DNA from: an uncultured Nitrospiraceae bacterium
Lineage (GTDB): Bacteria > Nitrospirota > Thermodesulfovibrionia > Thermodesulfovibrionales > Dissulfurispiraceae
Assembly (NCBI GenBank): GCA_963727805.1
Contig: CAVSHF010000003.1
Coordinates: forward strand, 672,001 to 736,000
DNA: 64,000 nucleotides
Direction of reading: 5' to 3'
The position numbers and the translations under genes are program-made. Shown one piece after another: positions 19,774 to 29,623 of this stretch. Numbering within the stretch: the stretch's first letter is position 1; the number at the start of each line of letters is the position of its first letter. The notes under the pieces were generated by a model. It saw only the letters and a program-made list of their open reading frames with translations. It did not search any database and was not told the DNA's origin.

Positions 19774-21081
19774 TTACTGCTTATCATCTGCGCTTTTCCC
19801 GTTAGCCGGCTCAGGGAAAATTAATCGTTCCCCGGTCTGGATCTTACCGTCTTTTCCGATCCGCTTATTCTGCTTTTTTACCAGTGCGATCAGCTCATTA
19901 GTACTTGTCCCATAGACCTCTCGAACCAGTGAGTATAGAGTGTCTCCCTTAGTAACAACTTTCTTAATTGGAAATTTACTCTTTGCAGGTATAGACTTAT
20001 CTTCTTCGGATTTTGACGTATTTTCTGCAGGCTTTGAGGTTTCCTTTTCAGCAGGCTGAGCAATTTCTATTTTCATTGGAGGCGGTTGAGTTGGCTCTGT
20101 AACGACTACAGTTTCGGGCTTAGTTTTCCTGGTTTCAGGGCTCTGGTAACTGAATAATTCGCGAGCTCTTGATAACACATGACCTTGATGCTGATATATC
20201 ACAGCGATGCCGCTTATGATCAAAGCTAATGAGATTGCGACCAGCAGCCACTTCAAAGGATTCATTTTTTTTGTCCCTTCAAAATCGGCGATTACTTCCC
20301 TTGCGGTGCGGGCAGTAATCTGCTTTTCCTGGTAGCCGAATCCCGTGACAAGAGCATTTCCACAGAGAACGCTGAGTATTCTGGGGATACCCCGGGCATG
20401 CCTGATAATGTGCCTGAGTGCTGATTTTGTGAAGATGTTGATGTCTTTTCGACCTGCCTTTGACAGTCGATACTGGATATATTCCACGCTCTCTCGACGG
20501 GAAAATGGTTTAATATGGGCACGCATGACAATACGCTGATTGAGCTGCCTTAGTTCCTTCAGCTGAAGTTTCTCTTCGAATTCTGGCTGACCGACAAGCA
20601 CTATCTGAATGAGCTTGTCCTTAGAGGTCTCAAGATTGGAGAGCATACGGAGATTTTCCAGTGTTTCTATCGGCAAATTCTGGGCCTCATCTATGATAAG
20701 TACGACCGTGTGACCCTGCTTGTATTCATCGATCAGCAAAAAGTGCAGCCGGTCCACCAGTTCAGACACATCACCCGTTTCAGGGACAACAATCTCAAGC
20801 TCCCGATAAATAGCCTGAAGAAGTCCTCCGAACGAGACATCCGGATTTAAGATGTATATTGCTTTCAATGCTTGTTTATCGGCTTGCTCCAGATAGGACC
20901 GGATTATGGTCGTCTTACCCAGACCGACCTCACCGAACATGGCAATGAACCCCTTGCGCTGCTGCACCCCATAGATTAGTACTGCCAAAGCCTCCTTGTG
21001 CATGGGACTTGCAAACAAGAATTCCGGATCTGGAGTGATGTGGAAAGGCTCTTTTTCTAGGTCATAAAATTTAAAATACAT
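19774..21081 (-). CDS. ExeA/GspA-like AAA ATPase with TM helix and C-terminal LysM domain
   Basis: KEPFHITPDPEFLF, Walker A GEVGLGKT, Walker B IIDEAQ, LVGQPE, GIPR; LysM VVTKGDTLYSLVREVYG. Confidence 0.88.
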   Translation of the reverse strand: MYFKFYDLEKEPFHITPDPEFLFASPMHKEALAVLIYGVQQRKGFIAMFGEVGLGKTTIIRSYLEQADKQALKAIYILNPDVSFGGLLQAIYRELEIVVPETGDVSELVDRLHFLLIDEYKQGHTVVLIIDEAQNLPIETLENLRMLSNLETSKDKLIQIVLVGQPEFEEKLQLKELRQLNQRIVMRAHIKPFSRRESVEYIQYRLSKAGRKDINIFTKSALRHIIRHARGIPRILSVLCGNALVTGFGYQEKQITARTAREVIADFEGTKKMNPLKWLLVAISLALIISGIAVIYQHQGHVLSRARELFSYQSPETRKTKPETVVVTEPTQPPPMKIEIAQPAEKETSKPAENTSKSEEDKSIPAKSKFPIKKVVTKGDTLYSLVREVYGTSTNELIALVKKQNKRIGKDGKIQTGERLIFPEPANGKSADDKQ

Positions 21082-21586
21082 TTTCCCCTCAGAATCTGAG
21101 TTGCAGCTTAAGTGTGCTCCACCTTTTCAAATATACTGATACATTATCTGAGTCTCAAGATTTGATACAGTGAGAATATCCAGTGCGCCAGTGCAACGTG
21201 CATACGAAATTATACCTTATTTGGGCCTTCGCAGACGAGTATATTTCAAAAGCCAATTGACTCACATAAGATGCTGCCTGGGGTGAGTGAATAATTATCA
21301 TCCACCTAATAAGCAGAAACGCCAAAGCGATGAGGGCAACGGGATCTATCACCAGTAATTGTGCCTCTAAGAATTAGAATATGTAAGCATAGGTTCTTGT
21401 TGCAGGCTGCACTCATTTGGAGTCAGATTTTCCAGCTAAGTATACTCCCTCCAATTGCTCGATAGGCGGACAGCAGGAAGCAATAACCGATTGGGAGTTC
21501 CCCCAAAAGGGTAATTTTGATTGATGGTTAATTTTTATGTGCGAAAAGATATAGAATGTGATATAGTTATATGGGGGTATGTGAGT

Positions 21587-22414
21587 ATGTTTCAGTATAA
21601 GACAGAATGGTCAAACGCAGAAAGGTTCCTTGGAAAAGCGCTGCATGCTGCTGTGGTGGCTAACGATATCACCAAAGTGAAAGAACTGCTAAAGAATCCA
21701 GAGCTTGATATGAGCTTTATCTGGGAGCCTTTGCCCTATGAATTGAAAGAGAAACCTGAAAAAGAAATCCTGCTTTTAGTTAGACAGGCACCCGTGCTAT
21801 TCAAGACAAAAAGCATTGAGGTTTTTCGGGAGTTGCTGAAACACCCGAATGCCTTTAGAAGTTCAGGTGAGGATGTTCATTCAAGTTTCTATACGGATCA
21901 GAATGGCGACACTATATTTCATGCAGAAATCCAACGGCCGGCAAACAGAGGGATTGGCAGGTTTAAAGAGCTTCTAAATGTCTATCCCGAAGCGTATGCG
22001 GTAGAGAACAATATGGCTGTGCCGGTATACCAGAAGGTGATCAGCAATGACCGTCTTGACCTGCTAGAAGAGATGCTTAAACGCAACATGGCACAAATTA
22101 TGGGTAATGACATATTATGGGCAATTGTGACCTTTGCACCGCGTGAACCCGATAAGATGGAAATGACCAACAAGATGCTCGACCTTTTAGTGAAGCACAA
22201 CTGGGATATCAATGCCAAAGACTCCAGGGACGGGACGCCGCTGCACTGGGCTGCCCGGATGGGCAATGAGGCGATGATTGAAATCCTGTTAGCCCGTGGA
22301 GTAGACAGCCAAAGAAAGGACAGCCGAGGCTTGACCTACGCAGAGGAATTGACGATACAGCGCGGCGAGGGATATAGCGCATCAAAATTACCCTCAGATG
22401 TATCACTTTCCTGA
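21587..22414 (+). CDS. Ankyrin repeat protein
   Basis: DINAKDSRDGTPLHWAARMGNEAMIEILLARG; degenerate repeats ALHAAV and DQNGDTIFH. Start uncertain. Confidence 0.75.
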   Translation: MFQYKTEWSNAERFLGKALHAAVVANDITKVKELLKNPELDMSFIWEPLPYELKEKPEKEILLLVRQAPVLFKTKSIEVFRELLKHPNAFRSSGEDVHSSFYTDQNGDTIFHAEIQRPANRGIGRFKELLNVYPEAYAVENNMAVPVYQKVISNDRLDLLEEMLKRNMAQIMGNDILWAIVTFAPREPDKMEMTNKMLDLLVKHNWDINAKDSRDGTPLHWAARMGNEAMIEILLARGVDSQRKDSRGLTYAEELTIQRGEGYSASKLPSDVSLS

Positions 22415-22478
22415 AAAGTCTGCTATTTATAGTCAGACTTGCTGCATTTCTTCCCTATAACATCCATTGAGAGCGACC

Positions 22479-22864
22479 GTGTCAAGAGAAAAAAGTATGC
22501 CGACAGTCTTTTATTCCTAAGACCGTATATCATTAGAAGTCCTTTGACATGAATAATCTGTCTCGTCTTTCTGAAAACGATGCAGAACCATTATCTGCAT
22601 CAAACATCCATACGGGCTCTGTGGGATTACTCCCTTGCAGGGCAATGAAGCTTGCTCTGCGGCACCAGAAAGTTATCGGTTCCTGACCAGCCTCATTCAG
22701 CAAATGCAGTCGATGTCTGCACAGGGCAGCATCAGTTATCGTGGAGCTACCGGCCAGGGCAGACAATGTCAAAACACCTCCATTTTTTTAAAGACAGATG
22801 GCGGCTACCAATCAAACACTCGGGCTTATGAGCCCACTTATCAGGCGGGTATTACCGCCACCCA
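22479..22864 (-). ncRNA. Putative bridge RNA/seekRNA in the IS1111 non-coding end (limits approximate)
   Basis: Contains GTGTTTGAT, identical to the left target flank plus core, and ATGGAT, identical to the IS right end plus core; each follows GCCCG. Confidence 0.72.
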
Positions 22865-23890
22865 TCAGCCGAAAAGCTTTGCCTCGTCAAAAGGGACCCC
22901 TTCCTTCAACATATGAAACGTAGCGTTGGCTATTTTGTGAGCCAGAATGCAGTTGGCCACCATCGTAGCCGCACTGCCCTTCCTTCTGTTGGCATGTTTG
23001 TCCCTGAACTTTCTGAGCTTCGGATAATACCTGACCGCAATATTGGCGGCTTGGGTAAATGCAAACTTCAAATAATGATTCCCCTGCTTCTTTCCCTTCC
23101 CTCTCTTTACTGTGTCGGAGGACTGAGATACACCCGGCACCAAACGACAATAGGATGCAAACTGCCTGACATCTCTGAATCTGCTGATGTCTCCTATCTC
23201 GTAATAGATCGTCAATCCAAGCACGTACATTACGCCGGGCAACGTTAACAGAAGCTTGAATCTGGGATCTTCTAACGTGATGTCTTTTAACCCAGTATCG
23301 AGCTTGTCAATCTGGTTGGATAGCAGGTCGATTCTCTCCAGTATCATGACGCAGTAATCCTTCACTTGCTGAGGGATCGGCATAATATGAAGATCTGCAG
23401 GTAAGAGCTTCTTCAACTCGCTACCGCTCATGGTGTTCAGGTTATACTTTATGAACTGTACCCTCAAGCTCGAATAGCATTCGGCACGCTCATGAACAAG
23501 GCCTGCCCTTCTCCTTAAGAGGTCTCTCAATGGTCTTTTCTCCTTGGGATAAATATACGCCTCCGGGAGTTCACCCATCCTGAGAAGTTTTGCCAACTTA
23601 AATGCGTCTCTTCTGTCAGTCTTTACCTTCGCCCCTGTTATCATGTACAGACCCAATGTATGTGCAAGCCTTACGTCATAGCCCTTGTCCTTAAGTCCAT
23701 CCACAATCCAATACCAATTTATGGTGCATTCAATCGCAATATGTACATCCCTACCGAAGGGTTCTAGAAATTCAAAAATGACCGAAAGATCATTGTTGAG
23801 ATTACCCTCCTTTACCTTTTTCCCGTCCTTGTCAATAATCCAGAGTTGGGATTTCTTGGTATGCAAATCGATTCCACAGTAAAATGTCAT
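22865..23890 (-). CDS. IS110-family DEDD transposase/recombinase
   Basis: YCGIDLH, IEC, KTDRRDA (DEDD) and LVPGVSQSS serine motif; RBS GGAGG. Confidence 0.95.
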   Translation of the reverse strand: MTFYCGIDLHTKKSQLWIIDKDGKKVKEGNLNNDLSVIFEFLEPFGRDVHIAIECTINWYWIVDGLKDKGYDVRLAHTLGLYMITGAKVKTDRRDAFKLAKLLRMGELPEAYIYPKEKRPLRDLLRRRAGLVHERAECYSSLRVQFIKYNLNTMSGSELKKLLPADLHIMPIPQQVKDYCVMILERIDLLSNQIDKLDTGLKDITLEDPRFKLLLTLPGVMYVLGLTIYYEIGDISRFRDVRQFASYCRLVPGVSQSSDTVKRGKGKKQGNHYLKFAFTQAANIAVRYYPKLRKFRDKHANRRKGSAATMVANCILAHKIANATFHMLKEGVPFDEAKLFG

Positions 23891-24133
23891 AGCGGCCTCC
23901 TTCCAGTTTTTGAATGCAATACAATTATCACATCCAACGGAGGTCGCTCTCAATAATTATCAAACACCGTCAATTCTTCGCAGAGGGCGTTTCTTTTTCT
24001 TGGTATTCAACAAAAATCATGCTTTGCAATATTGCGTCTTTCGTGTAGTAATATGCACATCCGTCAAGTGAAATAATTCGCACCCCCGAACAATAGACCC
24101 AGCGCTGGTTATCCCAGTCTCTGAGAGATGAGA

Positions 24134-24167
24134 AAGGCTAAGTCTCCCTGATAGGAGACTTAGCCTT
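24134..24167 (-). terminator. Hairpin terminator downstream of the S53 protease gene
   Basis: 14-bp perfect stem AAGGCTAAGTCTCC/GGAGACTTAGCCTT; weak U tract. Confidence 0.65.
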
Positions 24168-24177
24168 GATACTATTT

Positions 24178-27100
24178 TTACTTTGTGACTACTGATATAT
24201 CACCGGCCGTACCGTAGGTTATGCAGGCCTCTTTCGTGGGATCCGCAGGCGCTCCGCAGCCAGCCCATGTTCCCGTGGCAAGGTATGCGCCAGAATAGTC
24301 AAGATACCACGTCCCATTTCTGAATACTCCAATCTTGATTTTTCCGTCACCATTCCAGTCGCCGACAACGGGGATATCACCGGCCGTACCGTAAGTTATG
24401 CAGGCCTCTTTCGTAGGATCCGCAGGCGCTCCGCAGCCAGCCCATGTTCCCGTGGCAAGGTATGCGCCAGAATAGTCAAGATACCACGTCCCGCTTCTGA
24501 AGACTCCGATCTTGGACTGGCCGTCTACACTGCTGTTCCAGTTGCCCACAACGGGGATATCGCCGGCCGTACCGTAGGTTATGCAGGCCTCTTTCGTGGG
24601 GTCCGCAGGCGCTCCGCAGCCAGCCCACGTTCCCGTGGCAAGGTACGCGCCAGAATAGTCAAGATACCACGTCCCGCTTCTGAAGACGCCGATCTTCGAC
24701 TGGCCATCTACACTGCTGTTCCAGTTGCCCGCAACGGGGATATCGCCGGCCGTACCGTAGGTTATGCAGGCCTCTTTCGTGGGATCCGCAGGCGCTCCGC
24801 AGCCAGCCCACGTTCCCGTGGCAAGGTATGCGCCAGAATAGTCAAGATACCACGTCCCGCTTCTGAAGACGCCGATCTTCGACTGGCCATCTACACTGCT
24901 GTTCCAGTTGCCCGCAATGGGGACATCGCCGGCCGTACCGTAGGTTATGCAGGCCTCTTTCGTGGGATCCGCAGGCGCTCCGCAGCCAGCCCACGTTCCC
25001 GTGGCAAGGTATGCGCCAGAATAGTCAAGATACCACGTCCCGTTTCTGAATACTCCGATCTTATCGTGGTCGTTCGTAGTAAACTGAACATCAGCCCCAT
25101 ATGTTGTTGTCACTGAGTTTGTCGCATAGGCTCTTATATGATACAGTTGATTTGGGGTCAGGTTTGTCAGGGGACTGACAAATGTCCCTAAGCCTGTTCC
25201 GTTATTTGTGCAGTTTCCCCCTAAGGCAGGATTAGCCGTGGTAGCCCAACAGACCCCCCTGGCCGTGACCGTTGCACCTCCATCCGCAGTCACAGTACCG
25301 CCTGAAGTTGCCGTTGTGGAAGTTATCGCAGTGACCGCTGTCGTGGTGACCGTTGGTGCGATCGCCAAGGCCGTAAACTGGACGTCTGCACCATAACCGG
25401 TAGCCAAAGCTGAGTTTGTCGCATACGCTCTTACATGATAAGTCTGCCCTGGGGCGAGGCCCGTGATGGTGCTGACAAATGGGGTGGCTGTTCCATTGTC
25501 GGTGCAGGTGCCCCCGACCGCAGGATTAGCCGTGGCAGCCCAGCAGACTCCCTCGTGGGTGACCGGCGCTCCTCCATTGGCAGTCACAGTGCCACCTGAA
25601 GTTGCCGTTGTGGAGGTTATCGCAGTGACCGCTGTCGTGGTGACCGTTGGTGCGATCGCCAAGGCCGTAAACTGGACGTCTGCACCATAACCGGTAGCCA
25701 AAGCTGAGTTTGTCGCATACGCTCTTACATGATAAGTCTGCCCTGGGGCGAGGCCCGTGATGGTGCTGACAAATGGGGTGGCTGTTCCATTGTCGGTGCA
25801 GGTGCCCCCGACCGCAGGATTAGCCGTGGCAGCCCAGCAGACTCCCTCGTGGGTGACCGGCGCTCCTCCATTGGCAGTCACAGTGCCACCTGAAGTTGCC
25901 GTTGTGGAGGTTATCGCAGTGACCGCTGTCGTGGTGACCGTTGGTGCGATCGCCAAAGCCGTAAACTGGACGTCTGCACCATAACCGGTAGCCAAAGCTG
26001 AGTTTGTCGCATACGCTCTTACATGATAAGTCTGCCCTGGGGTGAGGCCCGTGATGGAGCTGACAAATGGGGTGGCTGTTCCATTGTCGGTGCAGGTGCC
26101 CCCGACCGCAGGATTCGCCGTGGTAGCCCAGCAGACTCCCTCGTGGGTGACCGGCGCTCCTCCATTGGCAGTCACAGTGCCACCTGAAGTTGCCGTTGTG
26201 GAAGTTATCGCAGTGACCGCTGTCGTGGTGACCGTTGGTGCGATCGCCAAAGCCGTAAACTGGACGTCTGCACCATAACCGGTAGCCAAAGCTGAGTTTG
26301 TCGCATACGCTCTTACATGATAAGTCTGCCCTGGTGTGAGGCCCGTGATGGAGCTGACATATGGGGTGGCTGTTCCATTGTCGGTGCAGGTGCCCCCGAT
26401 CGCAGGATTAGCCGTGGTAGCCCAGCAGACTCCCTCGTGGGTGACCGGCGCTCCTCCATTGGCAGTCACAGTGCCACCTGAAGTTGCCGTTGTGGAGGTT
26501 ATCGCAGTGACCGCTGTCGTGGTGACCGTTGGTGCGATCGCCAAAGCCGTAAACTGGACGTCTGCACCATAACCGGTAGCCAAAGCTGAGTTTGTCGCAT
26601 ACGCTCTTACATGATAAGTCTGCCCTGGGGTGAGGCCCGTGATGGAGCTGACAAATGGGGTGGCTGTTCCATTGTCGGTGCAGGTGCCCCCGACCGCAGG
26701 ATTCGCCGTGGTAGCCCAGCAGACTCCCTCGTGGGTGACCGGCGCTCCTCCATTGGCAGTCACAGTGCCACCTGAAGTTGCCGTTGTGGAAGTTATCGCA
26801 GTGACCGCTGTCGTGGTGACCGTTGGTGCGATCGCCAAAGCCGTAAACTGGACGTCTGCACCATAACCGGTAGCCAAAGCTGAGTTTGTCGCATACGCTC
26901 TTACATGATAAGTCTGCCCTGGGGTGAGGCCCGTGATGGAGCTGACAAATGGGGTGGCTGTTCCATTGTCGGTGCAGGTGCCCCCGATCGCAGGATTCGC
27001 CGTGGTAGCCCAGCAGACTCCCTCGTGGGTGACCGGCGCTCCTCCATTGGCAGTCACAGTGCCGCCTGAAGTTGCCGTTGTGGAGGTTATCTCAGTGACC

Positions 27101-28926
27101 GCTGTCGTGGTGACTACCGGTACCAATTGCGGTGTCCAGTTGGTGACGAGTGCGTTTGCATCTACCGAACCGAGGCCTGTGCAGAGGTCATAGCCTGTTG
27201 TACTAGAGTAGCCCGTAACGCCGGGAACACTGTTATTCCCTGAAGTGGTGTCGTGGAACACCGCTGCTCCACCGGCACCGTACTGGGCACTGCCTAGTTG
27301 GTAGAGACGTGTGTTGGCGTTTCCCTGACGCTGGCCAGTCTTCTGGACGATCAGTGCCATGAGGCCGGCGAATGAGGGGGAGGAGGCCGAAGTTCCGCCG
27401 ACTACATAGAGGACCCCCTGCGACTCCACCAGATAGCCATCGTGACCTGCTGCGGTGAGAGAGACGTCAGGTATGTCGCGTTTGCCGTCAGCCGGCACGC
27501 CTGGCGCAACCTGCCACGAAGGCTTGCTGTAAATCGAAGAGGCGCCACCGCTAGTAGACCAAAGGTCGGAGCCGCCGGCAACAGTACCGCTCTCGTTCCA
27601 AGCCACTTCAGGGATGTAACTTATGACGGAGGTATACCCGGAGTTGACGGTGTTCCAGTAACTACCCGAACCTTCTTTGAACTCGGTTCCCCCCACAGCA
27701 ACGTTGTAAGGAGTTGAAGCAAGCCCGTTGACCCCAAGCCCCGTGCCGACGGAGGCGTTGCCAGCGTCGCAGCCCGCAGCCCCCGAGTCACCCGTGGAGA
27801 CGAATGGCATAATGCCCTGCGAAGCGGCTTGCGCCCAGAGGTTATTGACGAATGCATTAGCTGCACCCAGTTGCGACTCACACTCACCGAAGCTGGTGCT
27901 CATCACTGGCGCCAGGTTATTGTTGACAATGTACTGCGCTGACAAAAAAATGCCATCCGTAGTAAAGGTGGTCGCGGATGTCACAAAATAAACAGTTGCG
28001 TTTTTTGCTACCGCGCCCGACCACTCGACGTCAAGATCAGCTTCAATGTCCTCGTCACCGCCGAGGTCCCCCGGATCGGTTCCGTTTACTATTACTACCG
28101 GAGGATTTGCAGGGAGTCCCATTAAACTGCGAAAGGTTGCCCAGTTAGTACTTGAGGGATGGGTTCGTCCGACAATGGCAATGGATTGTCCCGTACCATT
28201 AATTCCTGCGGTATACAGTGCATTGATATTGTAGATAATTGAAAAATCGCCGGGAGACATGTAATGGGTGCTGCCAGAAGTGTAATTGGGCTGCAAATTC
28301 ACCTCCGGCAGGGGCCTAATGCCGGTGTTCATTGCCTTCAGCGGGAAGTCGTTTAAAGATACTGGGCCCGCCACAAGATTAATTAATGCACGAGGGATCG
28401 ACGGTTCACTGGAGTTGGCTTGGTGCCTCTTGTTATTAATGAAGTACTTATGGATCTTAGTCTGGAATGCTTGTTCAACGTTGGCTACTGTGCCGGAAAA
28501 GTTGATCCAGGTGTGCCCTTTAGCCACTTCCTCAACTGCGAAACCCTGTGAGGTCAGCCACTGGGTTATCGTATTGATATCTTCATCAGTTGGACCAAAC
28601 CGTTGGCCGAATTCCTCCGGAGTGAGCCATCGGTGGAAGTTAGGAGAAGCCGGATCCTGCTGTTCGGAAAGGAGTCCTTCCAACTCAGCCTGCTTGTCGG
28701 GTGCTAGTCGCAAAGCGAGGATCATCCGCTCCATCGGCGCAGAGGGATCTGCCGCTCCCATGTCAAACTCGGGCCGGGCAAGAGGATGCACATTGCCATT
28801 CAACACGACCTTATCAGACATGGCTTGCTCAAGTGGTTTGTCAACAGCCATTGAAGCAGTATAAGCTGCAAGCTGTAAACAAAAAACTAACAAAAGCCCT
28901 GCCAACCACTTAAGAGAGTTTTTCAT
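24178..28926 (-). CDS. Secreted S53 (sedolisin/kumamolisin) protease with pro-domain, 7 FN3-like repeats and 5 FG-GAP-like repeats
   Basis: Signal peptide; pro-domain QQDPASPNFHRWLTPEEFGQRFGP; catalytic EADLD, STGDSG, GGTSASSP; Ca site GYDLCTGLGS. Confidence 0.92.
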   Translation of the reverse strand: MKNSLKWLAGLLLVFCLQLAAYTASMAVDKPLEQAMSDKVVLNGNVHPLARPEFDMGAADPSAPMERMILALRLAPDKQAELEGLLSEQQDPASPNFHRWLTPEEFGQRFGPTDEDINTITQWLTSQGFAVEEVAKGHTWINFSGTVANVEQAFQTKIHKYFINNKRHQANSSEPSIPRALINLVAGPVSLNDFPLKAMNTGIRPLPEVNLQPNYTSGSTHYMSPGDFSIIYNINALYTAGINGTGQSIAIVGRTHPSSTNWATFRSLMGLPANPPVVIVNGTDPGDLGGDEDIEADLDVEWSGAVAKNATVYFVTSATTFTTDGIFLSAQYIVNNNLAPVMSTSFGECESQLGAANAFVNNLWAQAASQGIMPFVSTGDSGAAGCDAGNASVGTGLGVNGLASTPYNVAVGGTEFKEGSGSYWNTVNSGYTSVISYIPEVAWNESGTVAGGSDLWSTSGGASSIYSKPSWQVAPGVPADGKRDIPDVSLTAAGHDGYLVESQGVLYVVGGTSASSPSFAGLMALIVQKTGQRQGNANTRLYQLGSAQYGAGGAAVFHDTTSGNNSVPGVTGYSSTTGYDLCTGLGSVDANALVTNWTPQLVPVVTTTAVTEITSTTATSGGTVTANGGAPVTHEGVCWATTANPAIGGTCTDNGTATPFVSSITGLTPGQTYHVRAYATNSALATGYGADVQFTALAIAPTVTTTAVTAITSTTATSGGTVTANGGAPVTHEGVCWATTANPAVGGTCTDNGTATPFVSSITGLTPGQTYHVRAYATNSALATGYGADVQFTALAIAPTVTTTAVTAITSTTATSGGTVTANGGAPVTHEGVCWATTANPAIGGTCTDNGTATPYVSSITGLTPGQTYHVRAYATNSALATGYGADVQFTALAIAPTVTTTAVTAITSTTATSGGTVTANGGAPVTHEGVCWATTANPAVGGTCTDNGTATPFVSSITGLTPGQTYHVRAYATNSALATGYGADVQFTALAIAPTVTTTAVTAITSTTATSGGTVTANGGAPVTHEGVCWAATANPAVGGTCTDNGTATPFVSTITGLAPGQTYHVRAYATNSALATGYGADVQFTALAIAPTVTTTAVTAITSTTATSGGTVTANGGAPVTHEGVCWAATANPAVGGTCTDNGTATPFVSTITGLAPGQTYHVRAYATNSALATGYGADVQFTALAIAPTVTTTAVTAITSTTATSGGTVTADGGATVTARGVCWATTANPALGGNCTNNGTGLGTFVSPLTNLTPNQLYHIRAYATNSVTTTYGADVQFTTNDHDKIGVFRNGTWYLDYSGAYLATGTWAGCGAPADPTKEACITYGTAGDVPIAGNWNSSVDGQSKIGVFRSGTWYLDYSGAYLATGTWAGCGAPADPTKEACITYGTAGDIPVAGNWNSSVDGQSKIGVFRSGTWYLDYSGAYLATGTWAGCGAPADPTKEACITYGTAGDIPVVGNWNSSVDGQSKIGVFRSGTWYLDYSGAYLATGTWAGCGAPADPTKEACITYGTAGDIPVVGDWNGDGKIKIGVFRNGTWYLDYSGAYLATGTWAGCGAPADPTKEACITYGTAGDISVVTK
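24181..25062 (-). repeat. Five tandem ~183-bp (61-aa) coding repeats
   Basis: AAGATACCACGTCCC recurs at 24301, 24478, 24661, 24844, 25027; unit KIGVFRxGTWYLDYSG...GDxPxxGNWN. Confidence 0.95.
25075..27120 (-). repeat. Seven tandem 294-bp (98-aa) FN3-like coding repeats
   Basis: PTVTTTAVTAITSTTATSGGTV...GLTPGQTYHVRAYATN..GYGADVQFT repeated at a 294-bp period; six nearly identical, last one divergent. Confidence 0.95.
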
Positions 28927-29377
28927 GGCTTGTTCCCCTTTTAATAGCCCTTGATCTTTCCTCGATTCAGTGGACACCGAATTAGCTTAGGCTGTTAAGG
29001 CATCCATTTCGAAGGATACCAGAGACCGATTTCCCAGGCATGAATTTCTCCTTTGACGATTATAAACTATTTCGATATATTTGAAAAATGCTCTGCATCG
29101 CCTCTGCCCTCCTCGTATACCTGCCACTCATTCCGATTCTTTCATGCCGCCTGTTCCGATTTATTCCTGTCACCCCGGGCAAAGAGCATTCCTTCGTTAG
29201 AAAAGAGACCAGCACAGGATGGTTCGCAGCGCACACAAACTGCTCCTCAAAGGTGAAACAGTTCGAGGCTAATATGGCGCGGTGGCTTGATAAAGTGATA
29301 ACGATATGACGCTGATTGCACCCGCGGCTTTCAATATGTTATCATACATACATAAGTGTAATCTTGGAGGTATATAC

Positions 29378-29623
29378 ATGATTCGAACTCAGGTGCAGTT
29401 GACAGCAAAGCAAGTAGAACGGATCAAAGCCATCGCCGCAATCAAGAGGCAATCTATGGCCGAGGTAGTTCGAGAGGCGATAGACGCAATGCTTGAGGGC
29501 GACAATGTGCCTGATCCGGGCGAGCGTCGTCAACGGGCCCTGGCACTAGCCGGTAAATATCAAGGCAAGGAGGACCTCTCAGTCCGTCATGACGATTATC
29601 TATCCGAGGATTTCGCGCGATGA
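29378..29623 (+). CDS. Ribbon-helix-helix (CopG-like) antitoxin
   Basis: MIRTQVQLT...SMAEVVREAID...DLSVRHDDYL; RBS GGAGG; ATGA overlap with the PIN gene. Confidence 0.85.
   Translation: MIRTQVQLTAKQVERIKAIAAIKRQSMAEVVREAIDAMLEGDNVPDPGERRQRALALAGKYQGKEDLSVRHDDYLSEDFAR

Larger units (their letters stand above)
22462..23961 (-). mobile_element. Complete IS110-family (IS1111-type) insertion sequence
   Basis: 13-bp subterminal inverted repeats ATTGAGAGCGACC (22466-22478) / GGTCGCTCTCAAT (23942-23954); GAT core at both ends; long non-coding region 3' of the transposase. Confidence 0.88.

Noticed and set aside
24181..27120. Long direct repeats as a possible CRISPR array or DGR template/variable repeats
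   Set aside because: Units are contiguous, in-frame coding repeats with no unique spacers. No cas or intact RT gene is present, and differences are not adenine-specific.
25208..28864. Series of plus-strand ORFs (75-192 aa)
   Set aside because: Antisense shadows of the S53 protease gene and its repeats.
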